Shown one piece after another: positions 50,447 through 59,628 of a stretch of 60,187 nt of DNA (the first letter of the stretch is position 1; every line of letters starts with the position of its first letter). Where the stretch lies: positions 1 to 60,187 of the forward strand of contig CAYQTK010000001.1 in assembly GCA_964420375.1 (NCBI GenBank), read 5' to 3'. Both the position numbers and the translations under genes were made by a program. A model generated the notes under the pieces. It made no database searches. It was given only the letters and a program-made list of their open reading frames with translations, and was not told where the DNA came from. Origin of the DNA: an uncultured bacterium. Its GTDB lineage: Bacteria > RBG-13-61-14 > DATKZS01.

Positions 50447-52387
50447 ATGTATCAGACTCATGCCATGAACCGATATCTCTTATACTTCGCGGCCTTGATA
50501 TTAACGGCTGTTCTCCCGGAGGCTTTGCCCGGCCGCACGGGCGAGGTCAAGGTAATAACCCCCCAACAGGCCCACAAAAAGGTCATGGAGAACTGGAGCC
50601 GTTTCCGTTCGATTATGCTCTCGGACAAAGTCGAGCTCTCTTCCGCGCGCGATGCTTTCAATGATGTTGTGGACGCCAAGTGGGATGGCGACCTGGGCGA
50701 CTTTCCGGTTTTATCTTTGGCCATGATCGAGTGGGCGGTGGACATGGGGGAGACCGGCCACAGGGACGTGCAGGAGTGGCTTATCGGTTCCGCGCGCGAG
50801 CTTTCGCCCCTGTCCGCGGATGTAGAGTTTGCACTGGGACGCTACCACCTGGGCAGCGAGATAAACCCTTTAACAGCGTCCTCCCACTACTTTGCGGGCG
50901 TTAAAAAGCTCGAACAGGATTTCCCCGCGGCTTTCCGGTTGTACGCCCGACTTCTTGCAACGCCTTTTGTGTTTCTGCTGATATTCGGTATCGTCCTGGT
51001 AATCACCTCGGTCCTCCGTTACTCTCCCCTGCTTTTGCACGACTTCGGAGACATCTTTCCCCGCGAGAGACTGCCGGCATGGACCCGGACAATCCTGCTG
51101 CTGGTGGTGCTTCTCATCCCCCTCGCGGCCGGGCTCTTTGTATGGTGGATTCTCGCGTGGGTCCTCCTGATCTTTTCATTGTACATGACGGGCGGAGAAA
51201 GGACGCTGGTTTACCTGTGGCTCATATCGCTTCTGTCTTTCAACTTCCTGGTGGAAAATTACGGAGTCATGGCCGGCACCCGGATTGACGAGCCCCTCCA
51301 GGCTGCGATCCGTGCCAGGAACGGCGTTCCGGAGCCGGGGGATCACCAGGTGTTGAAAAACGCCATGACCTCGGGCCCCGACGGCGTACTCTTCTTCTTC
51401 CTGAACGCCCGGCTTACCATAAAGAAGGGCAGGATAACCAGCGCCTCTGAAGCGGAGGCCCTTTACAAGGATTCCCTGGAAGACGAAAGGTCCAGGCAGG
51501 CCGCGCTCAACAACCTGGCCCAGGTGTACTATGCCGCGGGAAACATGGACGCGGTGCTCGAGACCCTGGTACTGGCGGACAAGGCAGGGCCTACCCGGCC
51601 GGAGATATACTTCAACCTGGCCCAGTACTACCGGGTCTTAAACAAGGAGAGCGAAAGTAAGAGGTACAGAGACAGGGTGGCTTCCCTGCCGGATGGAGAC
51701 CTTTCCAGCCTCTCCAGGAGGGCGGGCGACAAGCTCCTGCTGAACTCCTGCTTCCTGCCATTGAAAGTACCGGAGTCACTGGTGTGGCAGCGCGCAACCA
51801 GGCTTACGCCCGAGGATGCCGCCATTATCAGCGCCACCTGGCAAAAATGGGCGGGAAGCATTCCTCCGCCGGGATTGCCGTTTTTGATGGTCTGCCTGGG
51901 AACGCTGGTGGCGATGAATGTGACCCGGATGATAAAGAACCGGGCGCGACTGGCAAAAAGGTGTTCCTCCTGCGGAAAGCCCATGTGCATGCGCTGTCAT
52001 CTTCCTTCCAAGGACCCCCTTATCTGTTCCCAGTGTTACAGCGTTTTCCGCACCCACAGCGGAGTAGACCTCCAGGTCAAGATGCAAAAGCGCTCCCAGG
52101 TGCAAAGGTACAAGGACCGCTGGCGCCGACTGGCAACGTTGTTCTCCATTGCCGCTCCCGGCGCCGGACACCTTCTCATGGGATCTACCGCTTCGGGCTT
52201 CTTTTTCTTAGTGTTCACTTGTCTTATCGCCGGAGGAATGTTGAGCGGCCTTCTGGTGTGGCCTCCCCCGCTCGACCTGTATAATTCCGGCTTCGCAGGG
52301 CCTGACATCCTGATGGTGCTTTGTTATATTATCTTCATATTGATATCAGTAAGCGTTCTTCGTTCTCAACTGGAAAAATGGAGGTAG
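50447..52387 (+). CDS. Polytopic membrane protein with periplasmic N-domain, TPR-like segment and a cytoplasmic Cys4 zinc-finger
   Basis: Signal/TM sequence NRYLLYFAALILTAVL, several TM blocks, TPR-like YYAAGNMDAVLE...YFNLAQYYRVLN and CSSCGKPMCMRCH...CSQC. The start is uncertain (ATG 50447 or 50465). The track start at 50342 lies inside the repeat element. Confidence 0.7.
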   Translation: MYQTHAMNRYLLYFAALILTAVLPEALPGRTGEVKVITPQQAHKKVMENWSRFRSIMLSDKVELSSARDAFNDVVDAKWDGDLGDFPVLSLAMIEWAVDMGETGHRDVQEWLIGSARELSPLSADVEFALGRYHLGSEINPLTASSHYFAGVKKLEQDFPAAFRLYARLLATPFVFLLIFGIVLVITSVLRYSPLLLHDFGDIFPRERLPAWTRTILLLVVLLIPLAAGLFVWWILAWVLLIFSLYMTGGERTLVYLWLISLLSFNFLVENYGVMAGTRIDEPLQAAIRARNGVPEPGDHQVLKNAMTSGPDGVLFFFLNARLTIKKGRITSASEAEALYKDSLEDERSRQAALNNLAQVYYAAGNMDAVLETLVLADKAGPTRPEIYFNLAQYYRVLNKESESKRYRDRVASLPDGDLSSLSRRAGDKLLLNSCFLPLKVPESLVWQRATRLTPEDAAIISATWQKWAGSIPPPGLPFLMVCLGTLVAMNVTRMIKNRARLAKRCSSCGKPMCMRCHLPSKDPLICSQCYSVFRTHSGVDLQVKMQKRSQVQRYKDRWRRLATLFSIAAPGAGHLLMGSTASGFFFLVFTCLIAGGMLSGLLVWPPPLDLYNSGFAGPDILMVLCYIIFILISVSVLRSQLEKWR

Positions 52388-52390
52388 ACC

Positions 52391-53503
52391 ATGGCCCTCA
52401 CCGGCAGCATGAGAGACTTCGGGATTTCGGAAATTCTCCAGCTCATCGGTCACCAAAAGAAAAGCGGAACACTGCGGGTGAAAGACCAGCACCGCAACGT
52501 CAGCATCCTCTTCGATAACGGAAATATTGTCGACGCCAGGCACGAGCCCTACGTGGAGGCCTTTGACCTGTCCAACATGCTGGTCCGTTCCGGCATGATC
52601 TCCGCGCGGGACATGAAAGAGGCCCGCCAGAAGCAGAAGGACACTTTGAAGTCACTGCCGAATCATCTTCTCGAGTCAAACCTTATCAGTCTGGAGGACC
52701 TCCGTTCCATGAACTCCCTGTGCAACCTGGAGATCATCTACAGCCTGTTTCTATGGAAGGACGGCGACTACTCCTTCGAGGCCGGACCGGTCAACTATCC
52801 TCACCAGTGGACCGAGACCATAAGCTCCGAGCAGGTGCTCATGGACGGCTACCGCATTAAAGACGAGTGGCCGCTCGTCAAAAAGGATATCCCCGATGAG
52901 AGACGCAAGCTCATAAAGGTCCCCGGCGAGTTCGGTCCCCGCGACAAGCTGGACGCGGAGCAAGAGAAGATTTACCAGATGGTGAACGGGGAGAGGACAA
53001 TCGACGACCTGGTTTATCTGTCCCGGATGGGAAGGTTCGAGGCCCTGAAGATAATAAGGGAGCTTATGGGGTCCGGCCGTGTCCAGCCGGCTGAAGGCGA
53101 GGTTGAAGAGTCGGGCCGGGACGTAAAAGGGTTTTTGGTCAAAGTCGCGGCTGTTATTGCGCTGGTTGTGGGGGTCTCGGCAATCGCCTGGGGCGGAGCC
53201 GACGTTTTTCAAAAACGCTTTGCGGAAAAAGACCCGGATGGCGATACGCTGACGCGCCAAGCTTCGTGGTCTCTTTACAAAAGGGACCGTGTTTCCGGAG
53301 CCCTGTCCGCATACGCAGCCATGGAAGGCAGGTACCCGGAAAACCTTGATGTACTGGTCAAACAAGGATTGATCTCGAAACGCCATCTTAAGACCCCCTG
53401 GGGGAACTTCTCTTACCGGGTGGATGAAGGGGGCAACACCTGTTCTATCTCACTTCCTGATGACGGAGCTGAAACAGGAGCGGGCACCGAGGATGGAGCA
53501 TGA
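52391..53503 (+). CDS. DUF4388 (PatA-like) domain protein with one TM helix
   Basis: LTGSMRDFGISEILQLIGHQKKSGTLRV...ILFDNGNIVDA (DUF4388) and the TM segment FLVKVAAVIALVVGVSAIAWG. It starts 4 nt after the upstream stop. Confidence 0.8.
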   Translation: MALTGSMRDFGISEILQLIGHQKKSGTLRVKDQHRNVSILFDNGNIVDARHEPYVEAFDLSNMLVRSGMISARDMKEARQKQKDTLKSLPNHLLESNLISLEDLRSMNSLCNLEIIYSLFLWKDGDYSFEAGPVNYPHQWTETISSEQVLMDGYRIKDEWPLVKKDIPDERRKLIKVPGEFGPRDKLDAEQEKIYQMVNGERTIDDLVYLSRMGRFEALKIIRELMGSGRVQPAEGEVEESGRDVKGFLVKVAAVIALVVGVSAIAWGGADVFQKRFAEKDPDGDTLTRQASWSLYKRDRVSGALSAYAAMEGRYPENLDVLVKQGLISKRHLKTPWGNFSYRVDEGGNTCSISLPDDGAETGAGTEDGA

Positions 53504-53608
53504 AGGTGCTGAAGGGTTTTTCAGATAACTTTTCTTTCCTCTGCCTCCCGGGATGACTTTTTTGCCCGCATCTATTAATATCAGGGGGAAAGTGGAAAAG
53601 GATATTTC

Positions 53609-54610
53609 GTGGAAACATCCCGGCAGATAACTCTGGAGAGCAACGACGTGGCCCGCAGTCTTTTCGGCGAACACCACCGCCACCTGCGCCGCATCGAGCA
53701 GCTTACCGACGTAGGACTCCGCGCCCGCGGCAACGTGGTGGACATACTGGGACCCGAGCCGGAGGTGGCCACGGTCGAGCGGCTCATAGGGGAGCTCTCC
53801 CGGCTCATCAAAAGGGGATACCTTGTCCAGGAAGCCGATATCGAGCCGGCCTTCCGGCTGGTGGAAAACGACCCCTCCACACGACTCGACAAAATCTATC
53901 AATCCGGCGTGATCAGGATTGGCAGCGGCAAGCCCATCACCCCCAAGAGCATCAACCAGAAGAACTACCTCGAGGCCATAAGCGCAAACGACATTGTGTT
54001 TGCCACCGGTCCCGCGGGAACCGGCAAGACTTATCTTGCCATGGCCCAGGCGGTGTATGCCCTGTCCCAGGGAGAGGTTATGAGGATAATCCTCACCCGG
54101 CCCGCAGTGGAGGCCGGCGAGAGGCTGGGGTTTCTTCCCGGCGACCTGGTGGAAAAGGTCTCGCCTTACCTCCGGCCATTGTACGACGCCCTTTACGACA
54201 TGATGGACCTGGAGAAGGCCAACCACCTCCTGGAGAGGGGAGTGATCGAAGTGGCCCCTCTGGCTTTCATGAGGGGGAGAAGCTTGAACAGCGCATTTGT
54301 AATCCTGGACGAGGCCCAGAACACCACCATCCCCCAGATGAAGATGCTGCTCACACGACTGGGATTTGATTCCCGGGCGGTGGTTACCGGAGACGTCACC
54401 CAGACCGACCTGCCCCCGGGAGAAGCCTCCGGCCTTTGTCATGCCTGCAATATCCTCCAGGAGATTCCGGGGATCGAGATCATCCGGTTCAACGAGCAGG
54501 ACGTGGTGCGCCATCCCCTGGTACAGAGGATCATCAGGGCCTATGAGCAATACGAAGCAAAGAGCCGGGGAGCCGGCAAGGAGGGCGGAGAACATGAACC
54601 GGAATCCTGA
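53609..54610 (+). CDS. phoH: PhoH-family ATPase (YbeZ-like)
   Basis: GPAGTGKTYLAMAQAV Walker A, ILDEAQN and GD.TQ.DLP. GTG start with AAAGGA RBS. Confidence 0.93.
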   Translation: METSRQITLESNDVARSLFGEHHRHLRRIEQLTDVGLRARGNVVDILGPEPEVATVERLIGELSRLIKRGYLVQEADIEPAFRLVENDPSTRLDKIYQSGVIRIGSGKPITPKSINQKNYLEAISANDIVFATGPAGTGKTYLAMAQAVYALSQGEVMRIILTRPAVEAGERLGFLPGDLVEKVSPYLRPLYDALYDMMDLEKANHLLERGVIEVAPLAFMRGRSLNSAFVILDEAQNTTIPQMKMLLTRLGFDSRAVVTGDVTQTDLPPGEASGLCHACNILQEIPGIEIIRFNEQDVVRHPLVQRIIRAYEQYEAKSRGAGKEGGEHEPES

Positions 54611-57182
54611 CAAGCCCGCCCGCTTTTCCAACCAGCACCCGCAAAAAAGGTGGAGAAACGCACTGGCGAGCCTTCAGGCAAGGCTGCGGCCCATCACCGT
54701 GTCCTGGCTCATCAATGTCCTTACCGGCCTGGCGATCCTCGTTATAATCACCTATCCCAGAGAGAAGCCGGTACAGAACGTGTACACCAGTCCGCCCGGC
54801 AAAAAAGGCATCATCATGGTCCGGGACCTCGAGCTTCCCCGCGACGTGGAAAATATTCCCAACTTCCGGGTCATGGAAAAGGAGAAGGATGAGGCCCGGC
54901 AGGAGACACTGGCCGTATATGACTGGGACCCCCGGGTAGACGAGAAGACCAGGATCAGGGTCAGTGAGTTCTTCGACAGCTTCAGGGAACTGTATCCGCC
55001 TCCGCCGCCGCCTCCGCCGCCGCCGGAGCCACAAGAAGGTTTGACCGCAGAAGCACGGGCAAACAACGGTGACGAAGAAGCGACGGAAGAAAAGCAAGCA
55101 GAAGAAACTTTCTCTGAAACCTTCCCCCAAGTAGACGAAGCGGAAGTGGCCCGCAAGAAAAGCGAGCTTTTGAATAAGTTCTCCATCTCCGTAAAACCGG
55201 AAAAACTGGAGCCGCTCGAAAAAAAACATTTTTCGCCCGACCTTAAAAAGGCCATGATCGAGCTTGTCAACACCATCTATTCCTCTGGTGAAGACGCCTT
55301 CCTGGTGGCCAACAAAGAGCTTATGCTCAAGGAAAGCCACCGCAAAGGAATCAACGCGGTCATGATAAACTCCTCCTCCAGAAAAACCTCCCGCATAATT
55401 GATGACGTCGAGTCCATAAAAGACCTGGAAGAGGCACGCCAAATAATCGCCGACAAGGCAAAGAAGAAGTTCTCCGACATGGAGCCCTCCCTGCGCGAGG
55501 TAATGGTCGAGCTGGCCGCGGATTTCCTGGAGCCCAACCTTCACTTCAACAAGGACAAGACCGAGGAGGCCAAAGCACAAGCCGTAGCCCAGGTCAAGAC
55601 CTCTTATAAGAAGTACTGGAAAGGCGAAGTCCCTTACAGGAAAGGCGAGCGGGTGGCGGACCCCTTCAAGATAAAAACCATTGACGCCATCCTCGACGAA
55701 CTCCAGGGCGAGCCGGGAATGATGGTCTACGAGTCCGCGGCATCGTTTATCATCATCATACTGTTTTTCGCGTCCCTTATCACCTTCGGCAGGATGAACA
55801 TCCGCAAGTTCCAGCTCTCTACCAAGGACATGCTTTTCCTCTCCCTGGTCCTGGTGGGGTCCCTGGCCGCTTTGAAAGGAGTAAACATCCTGGCTAAGAC
55901 CGCGTTCTTCGACCTGGAAGGCGTGCCCGAAGGTTTGAACTTTCATTACCTCATCGCCCTGGCTGGCGCTGCCATGCTGGTGCGGATGGTGATGAACTCC
56001 GAGATCGCCCTGTGTTTCGCTTTGGCCGCCGCTGCGCTGGGGGCGATGATTGTGGAAGACAGTCTCTTGTTTTTCTTCTACACCATGATCGGCTCGGTGA
56101 TAGCCGCGGGCGAGGTCAAGCAATGCCGGCAGCGCAGCACCATCCTGCGCGCCGGGGTGGTCCTGGGCCTTATCAACGTGCTTTTAGTCATCGTCATGAG
56201 CTTCATCAACTTCGACTTCCTCGACCAGAAGAGCCTGCTTATAAACAGCGTGTTCGGCCTGGCCGGCGGCATCTTCGCCTCCATTATAGTCACCGGCGTG
56301 GTGCCGGTGGCCGAGTCCGTTTTCGGCTATGCCACCGACATCAAGCTGCTCGAGCTTCTTAACCAGGACGAGCCGCTTTTGAAGAACCTGTCCATGCGTG
56401 CGCCCGGGACACACCAGCACTCGATGATGGTGGGCAACCTTGCCGAGGCCGCGGCTAAGGCAATCGGCGCGAATCCCCTCATGACCAGGGTCTGCGCCAT
56501 GTACCACGACGTGGGAAAGATGAACAAGCCCCACTACTTCGCGGAAAACCAGTGGGACGGAAGCAACGTTCACGACCGTCTCAGCCCTTCCATGTCCACC
56601 CTTATCATTCACAACCACGTCAAGGAAGGGGTTGAGATGGCCCAGAAACACAAGCTGCCGGGTGTGGTCATTGACGCCATCAAGCAGCACCACGGCACCA
56701 GCCTGGTACTGTTTTTCTACGAGAAGGCCAAGGAATTGAATGAAACCAACGTGCCGGTGGACGAGGTCGACTTCAGGTATCCCGGGCCCAAGCCGCAGAC
56801 AAGGGAGACGGCCATTATCATGCTGGCAGACGTGGTCGAGTCCGCGGCCAGGAGCCTGCGGGACCCCAGTCCTTCCCGCCTTAAAGGAATGGTTCAGAAA
56901 CTCATCAACCGGTTCTTTATAGACGGCCAGCTCGACGAGTGCGAGCTTACTTTGAAAGACCTCCACGTCATCGCCAGGAGCTTCAACAACTCCCTGGGCG
57001 CAATATATCATCACCGGCCCGACTACCCGGCCTCGGCCTTCAAGAAAGCCCACGGCGAAAAATCCAAAAAGACGGAGCAAAATGCAGATAAGCACAAGGA
57101 TAAAGAACCCGAGAAAAGCAAGGACCAACAAGACCAAGATAAAGAACAAAGTGAAAACTATCTTAAGCGACTTGGGATGTGA
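54594..57182 (+). CDS. 7TM receptor with intracellular HD hydrolase domain (PgpH/YqfF family)
   Basis: Large extracytoplasmic N-domain, 7 TM helices and an HD domain (HSMMVGNLAE, YHDVGK, HHG). Start ATG 54594 (GGAGGGCGGAG RBS) overlaps the phoH end by 17 nt. The track ORF starts at 54366. Confidence 0.88.
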   Translation: MNRNPDKPARFSNQHPQKRWRNALASLQARLRPITVSWLINVLTGLAILVIITYPREKPVQNVYTSPPGKKGIIMVRDLELPRDVENIPNFRVMEKEKDEARQETLAVYDWDPRVDEKTRIRVSEFFDSFRELYPPPPPPPPPPEPQEGLTAEARANNGDEEATEEKQAEETFSETFPQVDEAEVARKKSELLNKFSISVKPEKLEPLEKKHFSPDLKKAMIELVNTIYSSGEDAFLVANKELMLKESHRKGINAVMINSSSRKTSRIIDDVESIKDLEEARQIIADKAKKKFSDMEPSLREVMVELAADFLEPNLHFNKDKTEEAKAQAVAQVKTSYKKYWKGEVPYRKGERVADPFKIKTIDAILDELQGEPGMMVYESAASFIIIILFFASLITFGRMNIRKFQLSTKDMLFLSLVLVGSLAALKGVNILAKTAFFDLEGVPEGLNFHYLIALAGAAMLVRMVMNSEIALCFALAAAALGAMIVEDSLLFFFYTMIGSVIAAGEVKQCRQRSTILRAGVVLGLINVLLVIVMSFINFDFLDQKSLLINSVFGLAGGIFASIIVTGVVPVAESVFGYATDIKLLELLNQDEPLLKNLSMRAPGTHQHSMMVGNLAEAAAKAIGANPLMTRVCAMYHDVGKMNKPHYFAENQWDGSNVHDRLSPSMSTLIIHNHVKEGVEMAQKHKLPGVVIDAIKQHHGTSLVLFFYEKAKELNETNVPVDEVDFRYPGPKPQTRETAIIMLADVVESAARSLRDPSPSRLKGMVQKLINRFFIDGQLDECELTLKDLHVIARSFNNSLGAIYHHRPDYPASAFKKAHGEKSKKTEQNADKHKDKEPEKSKDQQDQDKEQSENYLKRLGM

Positions 57183-57531
57183 ACGCGCCGGCGTCTCTCT
57201 ATATCTGACAGATGACGCTGAAATGCAGGAACTCAACCGCAACTGGCTGGGACGCGACGAACCCACCGACGTCATGGCCTGGAGCCAGGTGGAAGGTGAT
57301 CCCTTTCCCACCGACTTTCTGGGCGACGTGGTCATCTCCGTGGACACCGCAATCAGGCAGGCAAGCCAAAGAGGCCACTCCATTGACCATGAGCTTACCC
57401 TGCTCATCTGCCACGGGGTCCTCCACCTTCTCGGGTACGACCACGTCCATGGAGGCAGGCAGGCCCGCAAGATGTTCGACATACAGAAGAGGCTGGTCGA
57501 GTCAATCGAGAAGCAGGAGAGAAAAACGTGA
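57082..57531 (+). CDS. ybeY: rRNA maturation endoribonuclease YbeY
   Basis: LNRNWLGRDEPTDVMAW and the zinc motif HGVLHLLGYDH. ATG 57082 has GGAG 4 nt upstream. This start overlaps the upstream gene by 101 nt. Confidence 0.85.
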   Translation: MQISTRIKNPRKARTNKTKIKNKVKTILSDLGCERAGVSLYLTDDAEMQELNRNWLGRDEPTDVMAWSQVEGDPFPTDFLGDVVISVDTAIRQASQRGHSIDHELTLLICHGVLHLLGYDHVHGGRQARKMFDIQKRLVESIEKQERKT

Positions 57532-59120
57532 AGTACGGGAAGTACGGCCTGGCCGCCCTGTCCGGCGCGGCCTTTTTCTTCGTCTTTGAGAACTTCCTGG
57601 GAATAAATCTCTGGCCGCTGGCGTGGGTCTGCCTGGTGCCCCTTCTTTACGCGCTCCACCGGTGTGAGAGCAAAAAGCAGGCGGCAAAGGTCAGCGCGGT
57701 TGCCGGCCTTGTCGGGTATCCGCTTTTCTACCACTGGCTGGTTTACACCATGAACACCTATGGCCAGATGAGCATTCCCATAAGCGTGCTGGTGCTGGTC
57801 GCACTGGTGCTTCTCCTTACACTGTTCGTGGCCGCCTTCGGGATCTTCTACCATTACGCCGTGGAAACCGGAGGCTACTCTCCTTTGTTGGCGGCTCCGC
57901 TGGGATGGACCGTGCTCGAGCTTGTCCGCACGCACTTCCCGTTTGGAGGGTTCCCCTGGGGATTTATGGCCAACTCCCAGTACAGATTCCTTGAGATGAT
58001 CCAAATCGGGGAAATCACCGGACCATACGGAATCACCTTTATCATCGTGCTTACCAACGCCTCCGTACTCTCCGTCATCATCAATCTGCAAAGAAAACGC
58101 AGTCAGCCAGACCTCTCCATGAAGAGAGCTCTGGCACCGGTGCTTATCGGGATAGGCGTGCCTTTGCTGGCGGTAATTTACGGGTCCCTCCGTATACCCA
58201 TGGTGGACCATGCTTTCGAGGACCAGCCGGAGGTTACAATAGGCATCATCCAGCCCAACGTGGACCAGGCGGTAAAGTGGGACAAATCCCATTTCTGGAA
58301 GATCATGAGGAAACAGATGCGGCTCACCGAAAAGGTGGAAAAGGAGGCCCCCCGCCTGGTGATCTGGCCGGAGGCCGCCGTTCCGGTAGGAAACTTCAAC
58401 CTTCAATTGGAGCAGGGAGGCAGCCTGGTGAAGTTCCTCTCCAAGCTCGATACATACCTGCTCCTCGGCGGCATCAGCATGGAAAAATGCGAACAGGGAC
58501 CACGCGGACTCTGCTCGTTCAACAGCGCATACCTGATACCGCCGGCCGGTGAGAAGCCGGCTGAGAGGTACGACAAGATAAGACTGGTGCCTTTCAGCGA
58601 GTACGTGCCGCTGGAAGACCTGTTCTTCTTTGCCGAAACTATCTCGCAAGGACACGTGGGCTCGACCACACCGGGCGACGAGGTCAGGATCATGTCCGTA
58701 CCCGGCCTGGAGGTCGGCTGTGTTATCTGCTACGAGCTGGTGTTTCCCCACCTGGTAAGGAAGTTCCCCGACAAAGGGGCCAACCTGATGACAACCATCA
58801 CCAATGACGCCTGGTTCGGAAGGACCGGAGCGCCATACCAGCATCACGCCAACGCAGTGCTCCGCGCGGTCGAGAACCGCGTCTACTTCGCAAGGTCGGC
58901 GAATACCGGCATATCATCCATTGTCGGGCCCGCTGGAAGAATAAAACAACAGACACCCATCTATGAAACCGCGGCATTCACCGGAATAGTGAAACCTTCA
59001 AACCTGAAAACCTTCTACTCCACCCACGGAGACGTATTCGCCTGGATCGCAACAGTAGCCCTCGTGGTGGTGCTCGCCGCTCCCGACTATAGAAAAAGAA
59101 TACATAAATCAAAGGCATAA
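57528..59120 (+). CDS. lnt: Apolipoprotein N-acyltransferase
   Basis: Multi-TM N-terminal half plus a CN-hydrolase domain (WPE, VICYELVFP catalytic Cys). GTGA overlap with ybeY. Confidence 0.92.
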   Translation: MKYGKYGLAALSGAAFFFVFENFLGINLWPLAWVCLVPLLYALHRCESKKQAAKVSAVAGLVGYPLFYHWLVYTMNTYGQMSIPISVLVLVALVLLLTLFVAAFGIFYHYAVETGGYSPLLAAPLGWTVLELVRTHFPFGGFPWGFMANSQYRFLEMIQIGEITGPYGITFIIVLTNASVLSVIINLQRKRSQPDLSMKRALAPVLIGIGVPLLAVIYGSLRIPMVDHAFEDQPEVTIGIIQPNVDQAVKWDKSHFWKIMRKQMRLTEKVEKEAPRLVIWPEAAVPVGNFNLQLEQGGSLVKFLSKLDTYLLLGGISMEKCEQGPRGLCSFNSAYLIPPAGEKPAERYDKIRLVPFSEYVPLEDLFFFAETISQGHVGSTTPGDEVRIMSVPGLEVGCVICYELVFPHLVRKFPDKGANLMTTITNDAWFGRTGAPYQHHANAVLRAVENRVYFARSANTGISSIVGPAGRIKQQTPIYETAAFTGIVKPSNLKTFYSTHGDVFAWIATVALVVVLAAPDYRKRIHKSKA

Positions 59121-59162
59121 AACCAACATCTCCCGGATTCCGCCTGTTGATTCCGGGGACAG

Positions 59163-59207
59163 GACTGAAGTCGCTCGCACATTATGCGTCAGTGTAAGCT
59201 TGACAAG
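59163..59207 (-). repeat. REP-like family A element, truncated inverted copy
   Basis: The reverse complement reads CTTGTCAAGCTTACACTGACGCATAATGTGCGAGCGACTTCAG. This matches the left half of the elements at 32263 and 50167. Confidence 0.75.
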
Positions 59208-59353
59208 ACACTACCAATGCAAAAAGCTCCGTTGCTTTTAAATCCTGTTGCATAATGCATCTGTTTATTCTGCCCCTTTTTCCCTCCCTGCACCGCTAAG
59301 AGAATTAAGCCAATGAGTTCAAATAGTTTAACGACCTGTTGTTTTGGGTGGTC

Positions 59354-59368
59354 TTGGCATTAAAAGTG
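59354..59368 (+). promoter_or_regulatory. Weak sigma-54-type -24/-12 candidate (TGGCAT-N5-GTGC); also part of a TGGCA-N7-TGCCA inverted repeat
   Basis: The GG and GC dinucleotides have canonical spacing. The site is in an AT-rich leader about 260 nt upstream of the ATG at 59629. The -12 element deviates from TTGC. Confidence 0.2.
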
Positions 59369-59628
59369 CCACAAAATTAAAGAACTCACAGGACAAGTTT
59401 GTACATACGGGAGAGGCTGCCCCTTTTTGCTGGTCAATATTGATGCCCCTGTAAAAAGTCCAATTGCAGCCCCAAGGGGGCTATAGAACGTCGCTCTTTC
59501 AGAACACTAATAGGCCTATTTTGACTTATGCGAGGGAATCATCTTTTGAAGCGATAAAAAAATCCTCGAAATACAGGGAATGGATGCTATAATAAGTCAA
59601 TAAACATTTTTTAGAAAAGGAGAGAAGT

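Noticed and set aside
7694-56123. Other long antisense or alternative-frame ORFs in the track: 7694..8716+, 19009..20745-, 26502..27539-, 26623..27927-, 28995..30491-, 38864..39706+, 43156..44889-, 45393..46118-, 48039..49058-, 54534..56123-
   Set aside because: Each lies opposite or out of frame with a gene carrying strong family signatures (ruvB, CocE/NonD, coaE/ackA, GMC, meaB, hydantoinase A/B, E1, 7TM-HD). Each has low-complexity Arg/Pro/Gly-rich translations. I treated them as shadow ORFs.
56184-58847. 887-aa open reading frame on the minus strand spanning the 7TM-HD, ybeY and lnt genes
   Set aside because: It is antisense to three genes with unambiguous family motifs. Its own translation is Arg/Gly/His/Pro/Val-rich with no recognisable domain. 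Long stop-free shadow frames are expected opposite GC-rich, codon-biased genes.
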